A stretch of DNA of 64,000 nt from Clostridia bacterium (GTDB lineage: Bacteria > Bacillota > Clostridia > Christensenellales > Aristaeellaceae), in assembly GCA_017470945.1 (NCBI GenBank), contig JAFUXH010000100.1, positions 1,084 to 65,083 on the forward strand, given 5' to 3'. Both the position numbers and the translations under genes were made by a program. Below the pieces are notes generated by a model. The model ran no database searches, was not told where the DNA came from, and was given only the letters and a program-made list of their open reading frames with translations. Shown here in pieces: positions 18,120-26,808 of the stretch (the stretch's first letter is position 1; each line of letters opens with the position of its first letter).

Positions 18120-19092
18120 TCGGGCCGCCCCCGTGCTGGAATGCCGGTGCGTCAGCAAGGAGTATAAGATCAGCGGGGAAAACAGCCTGTTTTCCCGCAC
18201 CTTTCCCGCGGTGGAGGATGTGACCCTGGCCGTTCAGACGGGCGAAACCTTCGGCATCGTGGGGGAATCGGGCTGCGGGAAATCCACCGTGGCGCGGCTG
18301 CTCATGTGCCTGGAAAAGCCCACGGCGGGGGAAATTTATTTTCAGGGTCGGCGCGTCGACAGCCTGCCGGAGCGGGAACGCCGCCTGATCCGCCCCCGGT
18401 TCCAAATGGTGTTTCAGGACAGCGGGTCCTCCCTGAACCCCCGCAAGCGGGTGCAGGATATCCTGCGGGAGCCCATGCTGCATCACAGGATCGGCGATCC
18501 CGCCTGGGTCAACCGGCGGGTGGAGGAATTGCTTTCGATGGTGGGGCTGCCGGTGGAAATGAAGGATCGCTATCCCCACGAATTTTCCGGCGGCCAGCGC
18601 CAGCGCATCTGCATCGCCCGGGCGCTGTCGCTGAACCCCGACGTGATCGTGCTGGATGAGCCGGTATCGGCGCTGGATGTGTCGGTGCAGGCGCAGATCC
18701 TGAATCTGCTGCGGGAATTGCAGGAGCGTATGGGCCTGACCTATGTGTTCATCGGCCACGGCCTGGGGGCGGTGCACTACATCAGCCACCGCATCGCCGT
18801 GATGTATATGGGCAGGGTGGTGGAGATCGGCACGTCGGATGAATTGTTCGACCGCCCCGCCCACCCCTACACGAAGGCCCTGCTGGACGCCGCCCCCGTG
18901 GCCCGGGCCGACGCAAGATTCCGGCCGCGCACGGCCCTGAAGGGCGAAATTGACGAGCATCCCCCCCAGGGGGCGTGCCCCCTGTATCACCGCTGCCCCC
19001 TGGCCGGGAAGGATTGCCTGGCTTTTTCCGGGGAGATGGGGGAAATCGCCCCCGGGCATTTCACCGTATGCGCCAGGGCATGGGAGGAATAA
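18112..19092 (+). CDS. ABC transporter ATP-binding protein (OppF/DppF-like)
   Basis: [29 protein letters not shown]. The start overlaps the upstream stop. Confidence 0.9.
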   Translation: MPDRAAPVLECRCVSKEYKISGENSLFSRTFPAVEDVTLAVQTGETFGIVGESGCGKSTVARLLMCLEKPTAGEIYFQGRRVDSLPERERRLIRPRFQMVFQDSGSSLNPRKRVQDILREPMLHHRIGDPAWVNRRVEELLSMVGLPVEMKDRYPHEFSGGQRQRICIARALSLNPDVIVLDEPVSALDVSVQAQILNLLRELQERMGLTYVFIGHGLGAVHYISHRIAVMYMGRVVEIGTSDELFDRPAHPYTKALLDAAPVARADARFRPRTALKGEIDEHPPQGACPLYHRCPLAGKDCLAFSGEMGEIAPGHFTVCARAWEE

Positions 19093-19096
19093 AGGC

Positions 19097-20041
19097 ATGT
19101 GGAAGTATGTGTTGAAAAAGCTGCTGCTGGCCATTCCCGTGCTGCTGGGCATCACCATCATCGATTACGCCATCATGAGCCTGGCGGGCAGCCCCCTGGA
19201 TATGATGGTGGGCCCCCGGGTCAGCGAAGCGGCGTTGGCTTCCCGCGCCGCCCAATGGGGCCTGGATCAGCCCATCTATGTGCAGTATTGGAACTGGCTG
19301 GTGGAGGTGTTTCACGGCAATCTGGGCTATTCCTATAAAAGCTACCAGCCGGTGGCTGATCTGATCGGCAGCCACGTGGGCCCCACCCTGCTGCTGATGG
19401 GGGTTTCGATGGTGCTGGGCCTGCTCATCGCCGTGCCGGCGGGCATTTACAGCGCCGTGCACCGCTATCAGAAGCGGGATTACGCGGTGGTGTCGGCCTC
19501 GTTCCTGTTTTCCAGCATCCCGGGCTTTTTCCTGTCCCTGATCCTGATTTACTTTTTCACGGTGCGGCTGGGCTGGCTGCCCTCCTCCGGCATGTATACC
19601 CCCGGCACCGGGGGCGATTTTGGCGATGTGGCCCGGCATATGATCATGCCGGCCCTGGTGCTGGCCATCGGCGTGGCGGGGGGCAACATCCGCTACATCC
19701 GATCCGCCGTGCTGGAAATATTGGAAATGGATTACCTGCGCACCGCCAAGGCCAAGGGCATGGGGCGCAGGATCGTCATCCGCAAGCACGCCCTGCGCAA
19801 CGCCCTGCTGCCCATCGTGACGGTGATCGGCATGCAGATCCCCGGCCTGTTCGGGGGCGCGGTGATCGTGGAGCAGCTGTTCTCCTGGCCCGGCCTGGGG
19901 CTGGTGACCATGAGCGCCGTCACCGGGCGGGATTACCCGGTGATCATGGGGGTGTGCCTCCTGTCGGCGGTGGTGGTGCTGGCCGCCAATCTGCTCACCG
20001 ATATCCTGTACGCCCTGGTGGACCCCACCATCAAATACTGA
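19097..20041 (+). CDS. ABC transporter permease (OppB/DppB-like)
   Basis: MWKYVLKKLLLAIPVLLGITII start. EAA-like YLRTAKAKG motif. Confidence 0.9.
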   Translation: MWKYVLKKLLLAIPVLLGITIIDYAIMSLAGSPLDMMVGPRVSEAALASRAAQWGLDQPIYVQYWNWLVEVFHGNLGYSYKSYQPVADLIGSHVGPTLLLMGVSMVLGLLIAVPAGIYSAVHRYQKRDYAVVSASFLFSSIPGFFLSLILIYFFTVRLGWLPSSGMYTPGTGGDFGDVARHMIMPALVLAIGVAGGNIRYIRSAVLEILEMDYLRTAKAKGMGRRIVIRKHALRNALLPIVTVIGMQIPGLFGGAVIVEQLFSWPGLGLVTMSAVTGRDYPVIMGVCLLSAVVVLAANLLTDILYALVDPTIKY

Positions 20042-20053
20042 GGAGGCGCCGCG

Positions 20054-20902
20054 GTGAAGAAGCATACGAAATTCCGCACGATCGCCCGGCGTTTTGTGAA
20101 GCACAAAATGGCGGTGATCTGCCTGATCCTCCTGGCGGCGCTGATCCTTCTGGCGGCGCTGGCCCCGGTGATCGCCCCCTATTCGCCCACCAAGCCCACC
20201 GGCGCGTTTTCACAGCCCCCCTCCGCCGATCATATCCTGGGAACGGATAAGATCGGCCGGGATATGTACAGCCGCATCCTGTATGCCATGCAGGTCAGCT
20301 TGGAGGTGGGCTTCCTGGCCACGCTGATTTCCACCGCCATCGGGGTGATCCTGGGCCTGGTCAGCGGCTATTTCGGCGGGGCGGTGGATAAGGCCATCAT
20401 GAGCTTTACCGACATGGTGATGTCCTTCCCCTATATCCTGCTGGTGTTGGTGGCGGCCGCCATTTTCCAGCCCGGCATGTGGAGCATCATCCTGATCCTG
20501 GGCTTCGTGGATTGGCCGGGGGTGACGCGGCTGGTGCGGGGCAACGTGCTGAGCCTGCGGGAAACCAATTTCGTCAAAAGCGACGTGACGGCGGGCATGC
20601 CCCGGCGCTACATCCTGTTTTCCGAGATCCTGCCCAACACCATCGCCCCGGTGCTGGTGTACGCTACCAGCGTGTTCGCCATCTCCATCCTGGATGAGGC
20701 GGCCCTCTCCTTCCTGGGGCTGGGCGTGCAGCCGCCCACCCCGTCCCTGGGCAATCTGCTCAACGGGGCCGAATCCCTGTCGGTGCTCACGGGCAAGCCC
20801 TGGCTGTGGGTGCCCGCCGGGCTGGTGATCATCCTGCTGGTGGTGTGCATCAATTTTGTGGGCGACGCCCTGCGGGACGCTTTTGACCCGCGCAATGAAT
20901 GA
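20054..20902 (+). CDS. ABC transporter permease (OppC/DppC-like)
   Basis: GTG start. LGTDKIGRDMYSR motif. 6 transmembrane segments. Confidence 0.9.
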   Translation: MKKHTKFRTIARRFVKHKMAVICLILLAALILLAALAPVIAPYSPTKPTGAFSQPPSADHILGTDKIGRDMYSRILYAMQVSLEVGFLATLISTAIGVILGLVSGYFGGAVDKAIMSFTDMVMSFPYILLVLVAAAIFQPGMWSIILILGFVDWPGVTRLVRGNVLSLRETNFVKSDVTAGMPRRYILFSEILPNTIAPVLVYATSVFAISILDEAALSFLGLGVQPPTPSLGNLLNGAESLSVLTGKPWLWVPAGLVIILLVVCINFVGDALRDAFDPRNE

Positions 20903-20942
20903 TCCAATTCTGTATCGATAAAACGAAAGAGGGGGATGCGCC

Positions 20943-21554
20943 TTGAAGAACGCTTTGATCCATCAATCCTCGGAATACGACTGCGGGCCCACCTGCATGG
21001 TCAACGCCATCCGGTATCTGTTTGAGCGGGAGGAGATCCAGCCTGGAGTGCTCAAGCACATTTGGGTCATGGGCAACGATACTTACTGCGATAAGGGCTG
21101 CCTGGGCTGCCACGGCACTTCCCGGGCGTCCATGCGCTATATGGCCGATTGGCTGCGGGAATATGGCCGGGGCTGCTGCTTCCCGGTGTACGCCGAATTT
21201 CTGTGCGATGGGGACGCGGTGGTGGCCCCCGGCACCAAAGCCTGGGATTTCCTTCAGCAGGGCGGCTGCGTGATCATGCGCTGCTACGCCGATAAGATCC
21301 CCCATTACGTGCTGCTGACCGCTGTGCTGCCGGGCGACGAGGTGGGCTTGTTCGATCCCTACGAGGAGGACCCGGAATTTGAGGGCGAGGGCCGCCGGGT
21401 GGTGGCGGGCTATCCGAAGCAGATGAACCGGGCCGTCCGGTACGACCTGCTGAATTTGGAGGATATGTCGGATTACGCCATGGGGAAATATGATGTGCGG
21501 GAGCTGGTGCTGATCCGCCGGACGGACCGGGATAAGAATCAGAAAGCCGGGTGA
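20943..21554 (+). CDS. cytoplasmic C39-like (papain-fold) cysteine peptidase domain protein
   Basis: HQSSEYDCGPTCMVNAI (Q-x5-C as in peptidase C39), downstream IPHYVLL and FDPY as His/Asp candidates. No signal peptide. Cys-rich insert CDKGCLGCHG...GCC. TTG start. Confidence 0.55.
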   Translation: MKNALIHQSSEYDCGPTCMVNAIRYLFEREEIQPGVLKHIWVMGNDTYCDKGCLGCHGTSRASMRYMADWLREYGRGCCFPVYAEFLCDGDAVVAPGTKAWDFLQQGGCVIMRCYADKIPHYVLLTAVLPGDEVGLFDPYEEDPEFEGEGRRVVAGYPKQMNRAVRYDLLNLEDMSDYAMGKYDVRELVLIRRTDRDKNQKAG

Positions 21555-21677
21555 CAGCCAGGCGCGTTCCCGGCCACGGCGTTGCTGTTTTCCGCGTTCA
21601 ACGGATGATCCTTTTTTCGATCAGGCGGAACAGCGGCGCGTGGAAAGCGGCATCATCAGAAAGCGAGACGTATACCA

Positions 21678-22457
21678 ATGAATGCAGAGATCATCGGGGG
21701 GATCCTGATCCCCTTTATCGGCACCAGCTTGGGCGCGGCCATGGTGTTCGTGCTGAAAAAGAGCATTTCGGGCAGCCTGCAAAAGATGTTGACCGGCTTT
21801 GCCGCCGGAGTGATGGTGGCGGCCTCCTTCTGGAGCCTGCTGGAGCCCGCCCTGGACAGCAGCGCGCACATGGGCGCCCTTTCCTTCCTGCCCGCCGCCG
21901 TGGGCTTCCTGGTGGGCGTGGGCTTCTTGCTGCTGCTGGATGAAATCACACCGCATATGCACTTTGACAATCAGGATGAAGGCCCGAAATCCGGCCTGAA
22001 GCGCACCACCAAGCTGATCCTGGCCGTGACGCTGCACAACATCCCCGAGGGCATGGCCGTGGGCGTGGTGTACGCGGGCTTCCTGTCCGGCAACGCCGGC
22101 ATCACCTCCGCGGGCGCGTTGGCCCTGGCCCTGGGCATCGCCATCCAGAATTTCCCGGAAGGGGCCATCGTGTCCATGCCGCTGCGGGCGGAGGGCATGA
22201 ACAAGGGCAAGACCTTCCTGTTCGGCGTCCTGTCCGGCGTGGTGGAGCCCATCGCCGCCGTGGTCACCATCCTGGCGGCCGGGACGGTGGTGCCCATCAT
22301 GCCCTATCTGCTGGCCTTCGCCGCCGGCGCTATGATGTATGTGGTGGTGGAGGAATTGATCCCTGAAATGTCCGAGGGGAAGCACTCCAACTGGGGCACC
22401 ATCGCCTTTTCCCTGGGCTTTGTGCTGATGATGGTGCTGGATGTGGCGCTGGGCTGA
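21678..22457 (+). CDS. ZIP-family divalent metal transporter (ZupT-like)
   Basis: LHNIPEGMAVGV and IQNFPEGA motifs. 8 predicted transmembrane segments. 259 aa. Confidence 0.88.
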   Translation: MNAEIIGGILIPFIGTSLGAAMVFVLKKSISGSLQKMLTGFAAGVMVAASFWSLLEPALDSSAHMGALSFLPAAVGFLVGVGFLLLLDEITPHMHFDNQDEGPKSGLKRTTKLILAVTLHNIPEGMAVGVVYAGFLSGNAGITSAGALALALGIAIQNFPEGAIVSMPLRAEGMNKGKTFLFGVLSGVVEPIAAVVTILAAGTVVPIMPYLLAFAAGAMMYVVVEELIPEMSEGKHSNWGTIAFSLGFVLMMVLDVALG

Positions 22458-22480
22458 TCGCTCTTTCCTCAAAATGATCA

Positions 22481-22522
22481 AAGCATAGCTGACGAAGATC
22501 CGTTCGCAGCTATGCTTTTTTT
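22481..22522 (+). terminator. intrinsic terminator of the ZIP gene
   Basis: 11-bp stem aagcatagctg/cagctatgctt followed by T7. Confidence 0.75.
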
Positions 22523-22541
22523 CATGGAAAGGATAGAATGC

Positions 22542-22595
22542 TTGACAAGGAAAATGAATTGTGATATTCTTTATATGCTCCAATCGGAGCATATA
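22542..22595 (+). promoter_or_regulatory. promoter (TTGACA, 17-nt spacer, TATTCT) plus perfect 10-bp inverted repeat
   Basis: tatatgctcc-aatc-ggagcatata at 22572-22595, directly before the AAGGAGGG RBS of the RHH gene. Likely autoregulatory operator. Confidence 0.5.
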
Positions 22596-22608
22596 AGGAG
22601 GGAGAAAA

Positions 22609-23001
22609 ATGGATTCCACAGAAAAAGTATCGGTCAATATGAATATCGCGACGCTTTCCCAGATCGACCTGTTGGTGGACTTGGGCTATTATTCCAATCG
22701 AAGCGATTTCATCAATCAATCCGTGCGCCAAACGCTGGAGCAAAAGCACGATATCGTTGAGCATGAGATGAACCGGCACAGGGCCTATCAGGAAGAATGG
22801 TTCATGGGCATCTACGGCTTTACAGAGGAGCAATTGCGCCACGCTCAGGAAGCCGGCGAAAAAATAAAGCTCAAGGGGTATGGCCTGGTGGTCATTGATC
22901 AAGCGCTGGACGAGCTGGCCCTGAATACCATAGAAGAAATCCACGTCAAGGGAAAGGTGATCTGCTCGGAGCAAGTCAGGAAGCGGCTGGGATTGAAATA
23001 A
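22609..23001 (+). CDS. ribbon-helix-helix (CopG/Arc-like) DNA-binding protein with C-terminal extension
   Basis: KVSVNMNIATLSQIDLLVDLGYYSNRSDFINQSVRQTLE fits a strand-helix-helix pattern. Lower-GC islet. Confidence 0.6.
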   Translation: MDSTEKVSVNMNIATLSQIDLLVDLGYYSNRSDFINQSVRQTLEQKHDIVEHEMNRHRAYQEEWFMGIYGFTEEQLRHAQEAGEKIKLKGYGLVVIDQALDELALNTIEEIHVKGKVICSEQVRKRLGLK

Positions 23002-23112
23002 TGAAGCGCTTTTTCGTTTTCGCGCGGAACACGTCAAAACCCCTGTTTTCATTTGAAAACAGGGGCTGATTGACGATGCGGGGCCGTCTCATCCGGGGCG
23101 GCCCCGGTTTTT

Positions 23113-24282
23113 TTATGGAAGGGCTTCGTAGGCCAGATTGCGCAGCATGGGATGGATTTCGCTGTACACCTTGATCATGCCCAGGATTTCCTGGGTGTAA
23201 AAAATGCTGACGTGGTTCACCGGGTCGATCAGGGCGTAGGCCCCGGCGGCCCCGTCCCAGCCGAATTCGCCCTGCGGGGTGGGGGAATCCTCCGGGTGGA
23301 TCAGGGTGCGCACGCCCAGGCCGTAGCCGTATTCCATCCGCCAGGGGGCCTGGTATTCCGGCAGGATCTCCGTCCGCAGCTGGTTCACCGCCAGGGCGGC
23401 GATACCGTCGGGCGTCAGGATGCGCCGCCCGGTTTTCCCCACGCCGCCGTTGGCCAGGGCGTCGATCACGGCGCTGTAGGCGTCCACCGTGCAGGCGATG
23501 CCCGCGCCGCCGCTTTCGTACCGGTCGGTCAGGCGGTAGGCGTTTTTCTGCTCCACGGGGCGGATCTCATCGGAGCCCATGACGCCGGTGTATTGGGCGG
23601 TCAGCCGGGGGCGCAGGGCGTCGTCCACCTGGAAATACATATCCCGGATCCCCAGGGGGTCGAACAGGCTGTCCTTCAGGTACTGCCCGTAGGTTTTCCC
23701 GCTGACCACCTCGATCACCCCGGCGATGACGTCGTGGCCCAGGCTGTAGGTGTAATGGCTGCCGGGCTCAAACAGCAGGGGCATCTGTGCGATGGCCCCC
23801 ATCATTTCCCGGGTGGTGGCCCGGCCATCCGTCTTATCCCGTAAGGCGCGGATGGGCTCGCTGCCGATATCGTAGCTCAGGCCCGACGTCATGCTCATGA
23901 GCATCCGCAGGGTGATGGGCGTTGACGCGTCGTGGCAGGGGTCGTCTTGCTTGGGAAGCACCGGCGGCCACTGGCCGATCACATAGTGATCCGCCACGCG
24001 CATGGCGCGGAATTCCGGCAGATAATTCGACACCGGGTCGTCCAGCTTCATTTTTCCCTGCTCGATCAGCTGCATGGCCGCCGTCATGGTGATCACTTTG
24101 GTGGCGGAGTAGATGTAATACAGGTCCTGATCGGTGACGGGCTGGGTTTTTTCATAATCCCGGCAGCCGCCTGAATGGCGGTAAATGGTTTCGTGATCCT
24201 TGGTGATTTTGATATCGAAGCCCGGCACGCCGTAGCGGGCGTTCAGGCTGTCCAGGTACGCTGTCAATTTGCTGAAATCCAT
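23113..24282 (-). CDS. serine hydrolase, beta-lactamase/esterase (class C-like) family
   Basis: MDFSKLTAYL start (track ORF trimmed by 100 codons). SxxK motif YSATK. Confidence 0.85.
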   Translation of the reverse strand: MDFSKLTAYLDSLNARYGVPGFDIKITKDHETIYRHSGGCRDYEKTQPVTDQDLYYIYSATKVITMTAAMQLIEQGKMKLDDPVSNYLPEFRAMRVADHYVIGQWPPVLPKQDDPCHDASTPITLRMLMSMTSGLSYDIGSEPIRALRDKTDGRATTREMMGAIAQMPLLFEPGSHYTYSLGHDVIAGVIEVVSGKTYGQYLKDSLFDPLGIRDMYFQVDDALRPRLTAQYTGVMGSDEIRPVEQKNAYRLTDRYESGGAGIACTVDAYSAVIDALANGGVGKTGRRILTPDGIAALAVNQLRTEILPEYQAPWRMEYGYGLGVRTLIHPEDSPTPQGEFGWDGAAGAYALIDPVNHVSIFYTQEILGMIKVYSEIHPMLRNLAYEALP

Positions 24283-24301
24283 GATGCTCCCCCCCTTGTT
24301 A

Positions 24302-25780
24302 TCAGGCCAGCAGATCCCGGAGCAGCCGGGCCATATGCATCGACAGCTCCCCGTAGCAATCCGCCGCGTACAGCACGCCGCCGCATTCGCTGACCTGCCG
24401 GCCCAGCACCATGCGGAAGAACCAGGCGGCGGGCAGATACAATGCCCCATCCCGCTCCACCGCTTCGCAGTCCATGGCGAACAGATGGTTGCTGACGACC
24501 GCGCCGATGCTGCCCCGGGCGAACTGCGCCGTAACGCCGCCCGGCAGGGCCATTTCCGCCGACGCGCCTTGATCCCATTCATTCAGGGAAGCGCCGGCGG
24601 CCTTTGCCAGGAAGGAAACGGGGGCCATCAGGTAGCGGCCCCGCACGATCTCGCCGCCGTTCAGGCCATGGTATTTCAGCTTCTGCCAATAAAAGGCGGG
24701 GCCGGCCAGCGGCTCGATTTCGCCGTTCAGCCAGGCGTTTGCGTGCTTGTCCGCCAGGGCGGCGGAAAAGGCGTTGGGGGTAAAGGGCTCGGCGGGCTCG
24801 GTCATTTCGATGCGGCCGTCGGGCAGCCGCTTTGCGCCGGAGAACAGGTAATCCCACACGAATTCGGCGTCGTCCAGCGTTTGGCCGTGATCCCGGTTTT
24901 TCACGTCGCAGAACACGTAATCCGCCTGCCGTCCCCGGTAATAGGCCAGGTTTTTTTCGCCCACGATCTTGATGCGCGGCAGCTCCTCGCAGCCGTTCAC
25001 GGTGAGCCAGTACCGCCGGTTGTGCACCACGGCGTCCTCGAAGGATTCATCGGAGAAAGGCGGGGGGCCATCCAGTTCCAGGCGGGTCTGCCAGGCGGCG
25101 ACGGGCAGGGAGCGGTGGGTCACCGTGCCGTCGGGGTGGAAAAACTGGGCTTTGCGGGATGTGCCGCCGCTGCCCGCCATGCCGGCGAACAGGTGGGCGT
25201 AGTGCTTGGCCATCATGGCGGTCATGGCGTTGCCCATGGACATGCCCTGCATGTATATCCGGCTTTCGTCGATGTGATAGCGATCCTTCATCCGCTGAAT
25301 CAGCGCCAGCACCAGGTTGGCGTCGTGGTTTTCCCTGATATCATCGGGGAAGGGGTTCATCCAGAAGCCCGAGGCGTTGGGGGTGGTCAACTCCTCTTTG
25401 CGCTCCGGCTCGCACTCCACCTGCCAGAAGCGGCGGGCGTGGGCGCTGGGAAACACCAGGATGAAGCCCTCCCGGTCGGCCACCAGCGTCCAGCCGGTGT
25501 AAATGCACTGGCCCCAGCCGGTCATCAAGCCGCCGTGCATGGAAAACACCAGCGGCGTTTTTTTCGCGGGGTCGTAGCTGGCCGGCACGTATTCGTACCA
25601 GGTGTCCTCCAGCCCGTCGCCCACCACGTCGCCGTGGAATTCCTGCAGCCTTTCTGGGTACACCTGGGAATTGTTGCCGTTTTCATTCACCACCATTTTG
25701 CTGCCCTTGATGGCTTCGGGCAGATAATCCCGGTTCTGATCGTTGGGTTCGCCGGGCAGGATCACCATTTTTCCGGGCAT
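24302..25780 (-). CDS. PHB-depolymerase/feruloyl-esterase-family alpha/beta hydrolase with ~170-aa C-terminal domain (paralog 1)
   Basis: FSMHGG, GMSMGN nucleophile elbow. No signal peptide. Close paralog of 26809..28320. Confidence 0.8.
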   Translation of the reverse strand: MPGKMVILPGEPNDQNRDYLPEAIKGSKMVVNENGNNSQVYPERLQEFHGDVVGDGLEDTWYEYVPASYDPAKKTPLVFSMHGGLMTGWGQCIYTGWTLVADREGFILVFPSAHARRFWQVECEPERKEELTTPNASGFWMNPFPDDIRENHDANLVLALIQRMKDRYHIDESRIYMQGMSMGNAMTAMMAKHYAHLFAGMAGSGGTSRKAQFFHPDGTVTHRSLPVAAWQTRLELDGPPPFSDESFEDAVVHNRRYWLTVNGCEELPRIKIVGEKNLAYYRGRQADYVFCDVKNRDHGQTLDDAEFVWDYLFSGAKRLPDGRIEMTEPAEPFTPNAFSAALADKHANAWLNGEIEPLAGPAFYWQKLKYHGLNGGEIVRGRYLMAPVSFLAKAAGASLNEWDQGASAEMALPGGVTAQFARGSIGAVVSNHLFAMDCEAVERDGALYLPAAWFFRMVLGRQVSECGGVLYAADCYGELSMHMARLLRDLLA

Positions 25781-25805
25781 TGCGCATCGTCCTTTCCTTG
25801 ATGAA

Positions 25806-26783
25806 TCAATGGTTGCTTCTATTGCTTGTGGAGCCCCGGCGGATGCACTTGACCTCCAGCGTGGAGCGGATGGGCACCGCCTTGCCCTCAATTTTTTGCA
25901 GCAGGATTTCGACGGCGTACCGGCCCATATCCTCGATGGGCTGGGCGATGGTGGTCATATCCAAAAAGCCGGAAAGATCCAGCCCGTCAAAGCTCACCAC
26001 CGGCAATTGATCCAGAAGCGGAAGGCCCTCGGCCCGCGTCTGCTGCGTCAGCTGGGCGGCCATGTGATCGCCGTTCATGAAAAAGCCGTCGACCTCCGGG
26101 TGGGCCCGCAGGAAATCGGCCAATTCCCGGGCCGCCTGGGGCCGGAAAGTATCGATCTCCACCTGGGAACAGGTCAATTGGGCCTCTGCGATGGTTTTCT
26201 GAAAGCCGGCCAATCGCCCGTGCAGGGGCATGTACGCCGGCACGGGGTAGGTGACGATCAGCGGATGGCGGCATCCGGCGGCAATCAGCTCCTGCGCCGC
26301 CAAAGCGCCGCCCGTCACGTTATCGCAGGTGACGGAGGGGATGCGCTCCATTTCCCGGTCGATGGCCACGATGGGCAAATCGAGGGCGTTGTATTTTTCC
26401 GGGTCGCCCACGTAGCTGCAAATCAGCATGCCGTCCACCTTGTTGGCCTTCAGCAAGGCCACCATATCCATTTCCCGCTGCTCCTCGTATTCCGAGTGGC
26501 AGATCATCAGCCGGAAGCCGTGCTGGCAGCAGGCATCCTCCACCGCGTCGGCGATGCGGGCAAACAGGCCGTAGCTGATCCGCGGCACGATCAGGCCGAT
26601 GATGCCGCTGCGCTTGGTTTGCAGCGCCCGGGCCATCACGTCGGGGTAATAATTCAGCTCCTTCATGGCCTTTTGGATTTTTTTCACCGTTTGGGGCTTG
26701 ACCACGTCCGGCTTGTTCATCATGCGGGATACCGTTGCCACCGATACGCCCGCCCGTTCGGCCACGTCCTTGATGGTCGCCAT
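25806..26783 (-). CDS. LacI-family transcriptional regulator
   Basis: MATIKDVAERAGVSVATVSRMMN HTH. 325 aa. Confidence 0.9.
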   Translation of the reverse strand: MATIKDVAERAGVSVATVSRMMNKPDVVKPQTVKKIQKAMKELNYYPDVMARALQTKRSGIIGLIVPRISYGLFARIADAVEDACCQHGFRLMICHSEYEEQREMDMVALLKANKVDGMLICSYVGDPEKYNALDLPIVAIDREMERIPSVTCDNVTGGALAAQELIAAGCRHPLIVTYPVPAYMPLHGRLAGFQKTIAEAQLTCSQVEIDTFRPQAARELADFLRAHPEVDGFFMNGDHMAAQLTQQTRAEGLPLLDQLPVVSFDGLDLSGFLDMTTIAQPIEDMGRYAVEILLQKIEGKAVPIRSTLEVKCIRRGSTSNRSNH

Positions 26784-26808
26784 GTTGCTCCTCCTTGCCG
26801 CGCCGCCC

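Noticed and set aside
14151-21554. Cys-rich 29-aa peptide plus C39-like peptidase read as a bacteriocin/RiPP precursor and processing system.
   Set aside because: There is no double-glycine leader motif in the peptide. The ABC system is a binding-protein-dependent importer, not an exporter. The peptidase is not fused to a transporter. No modification enzymes are present. A terminator separates the peptide ORF from the operon. Kept only as a minority alternative.
21555-21677. Metal-sensing riboswitch (NiCo/czcD-like) or Zur box upstream of the ZIP transporter.
   Set aside because: I could not identify a convincing conserved structure or palindromic Zur/Fur-type box by eye. Nothing beyond weak short complementarity was seen.
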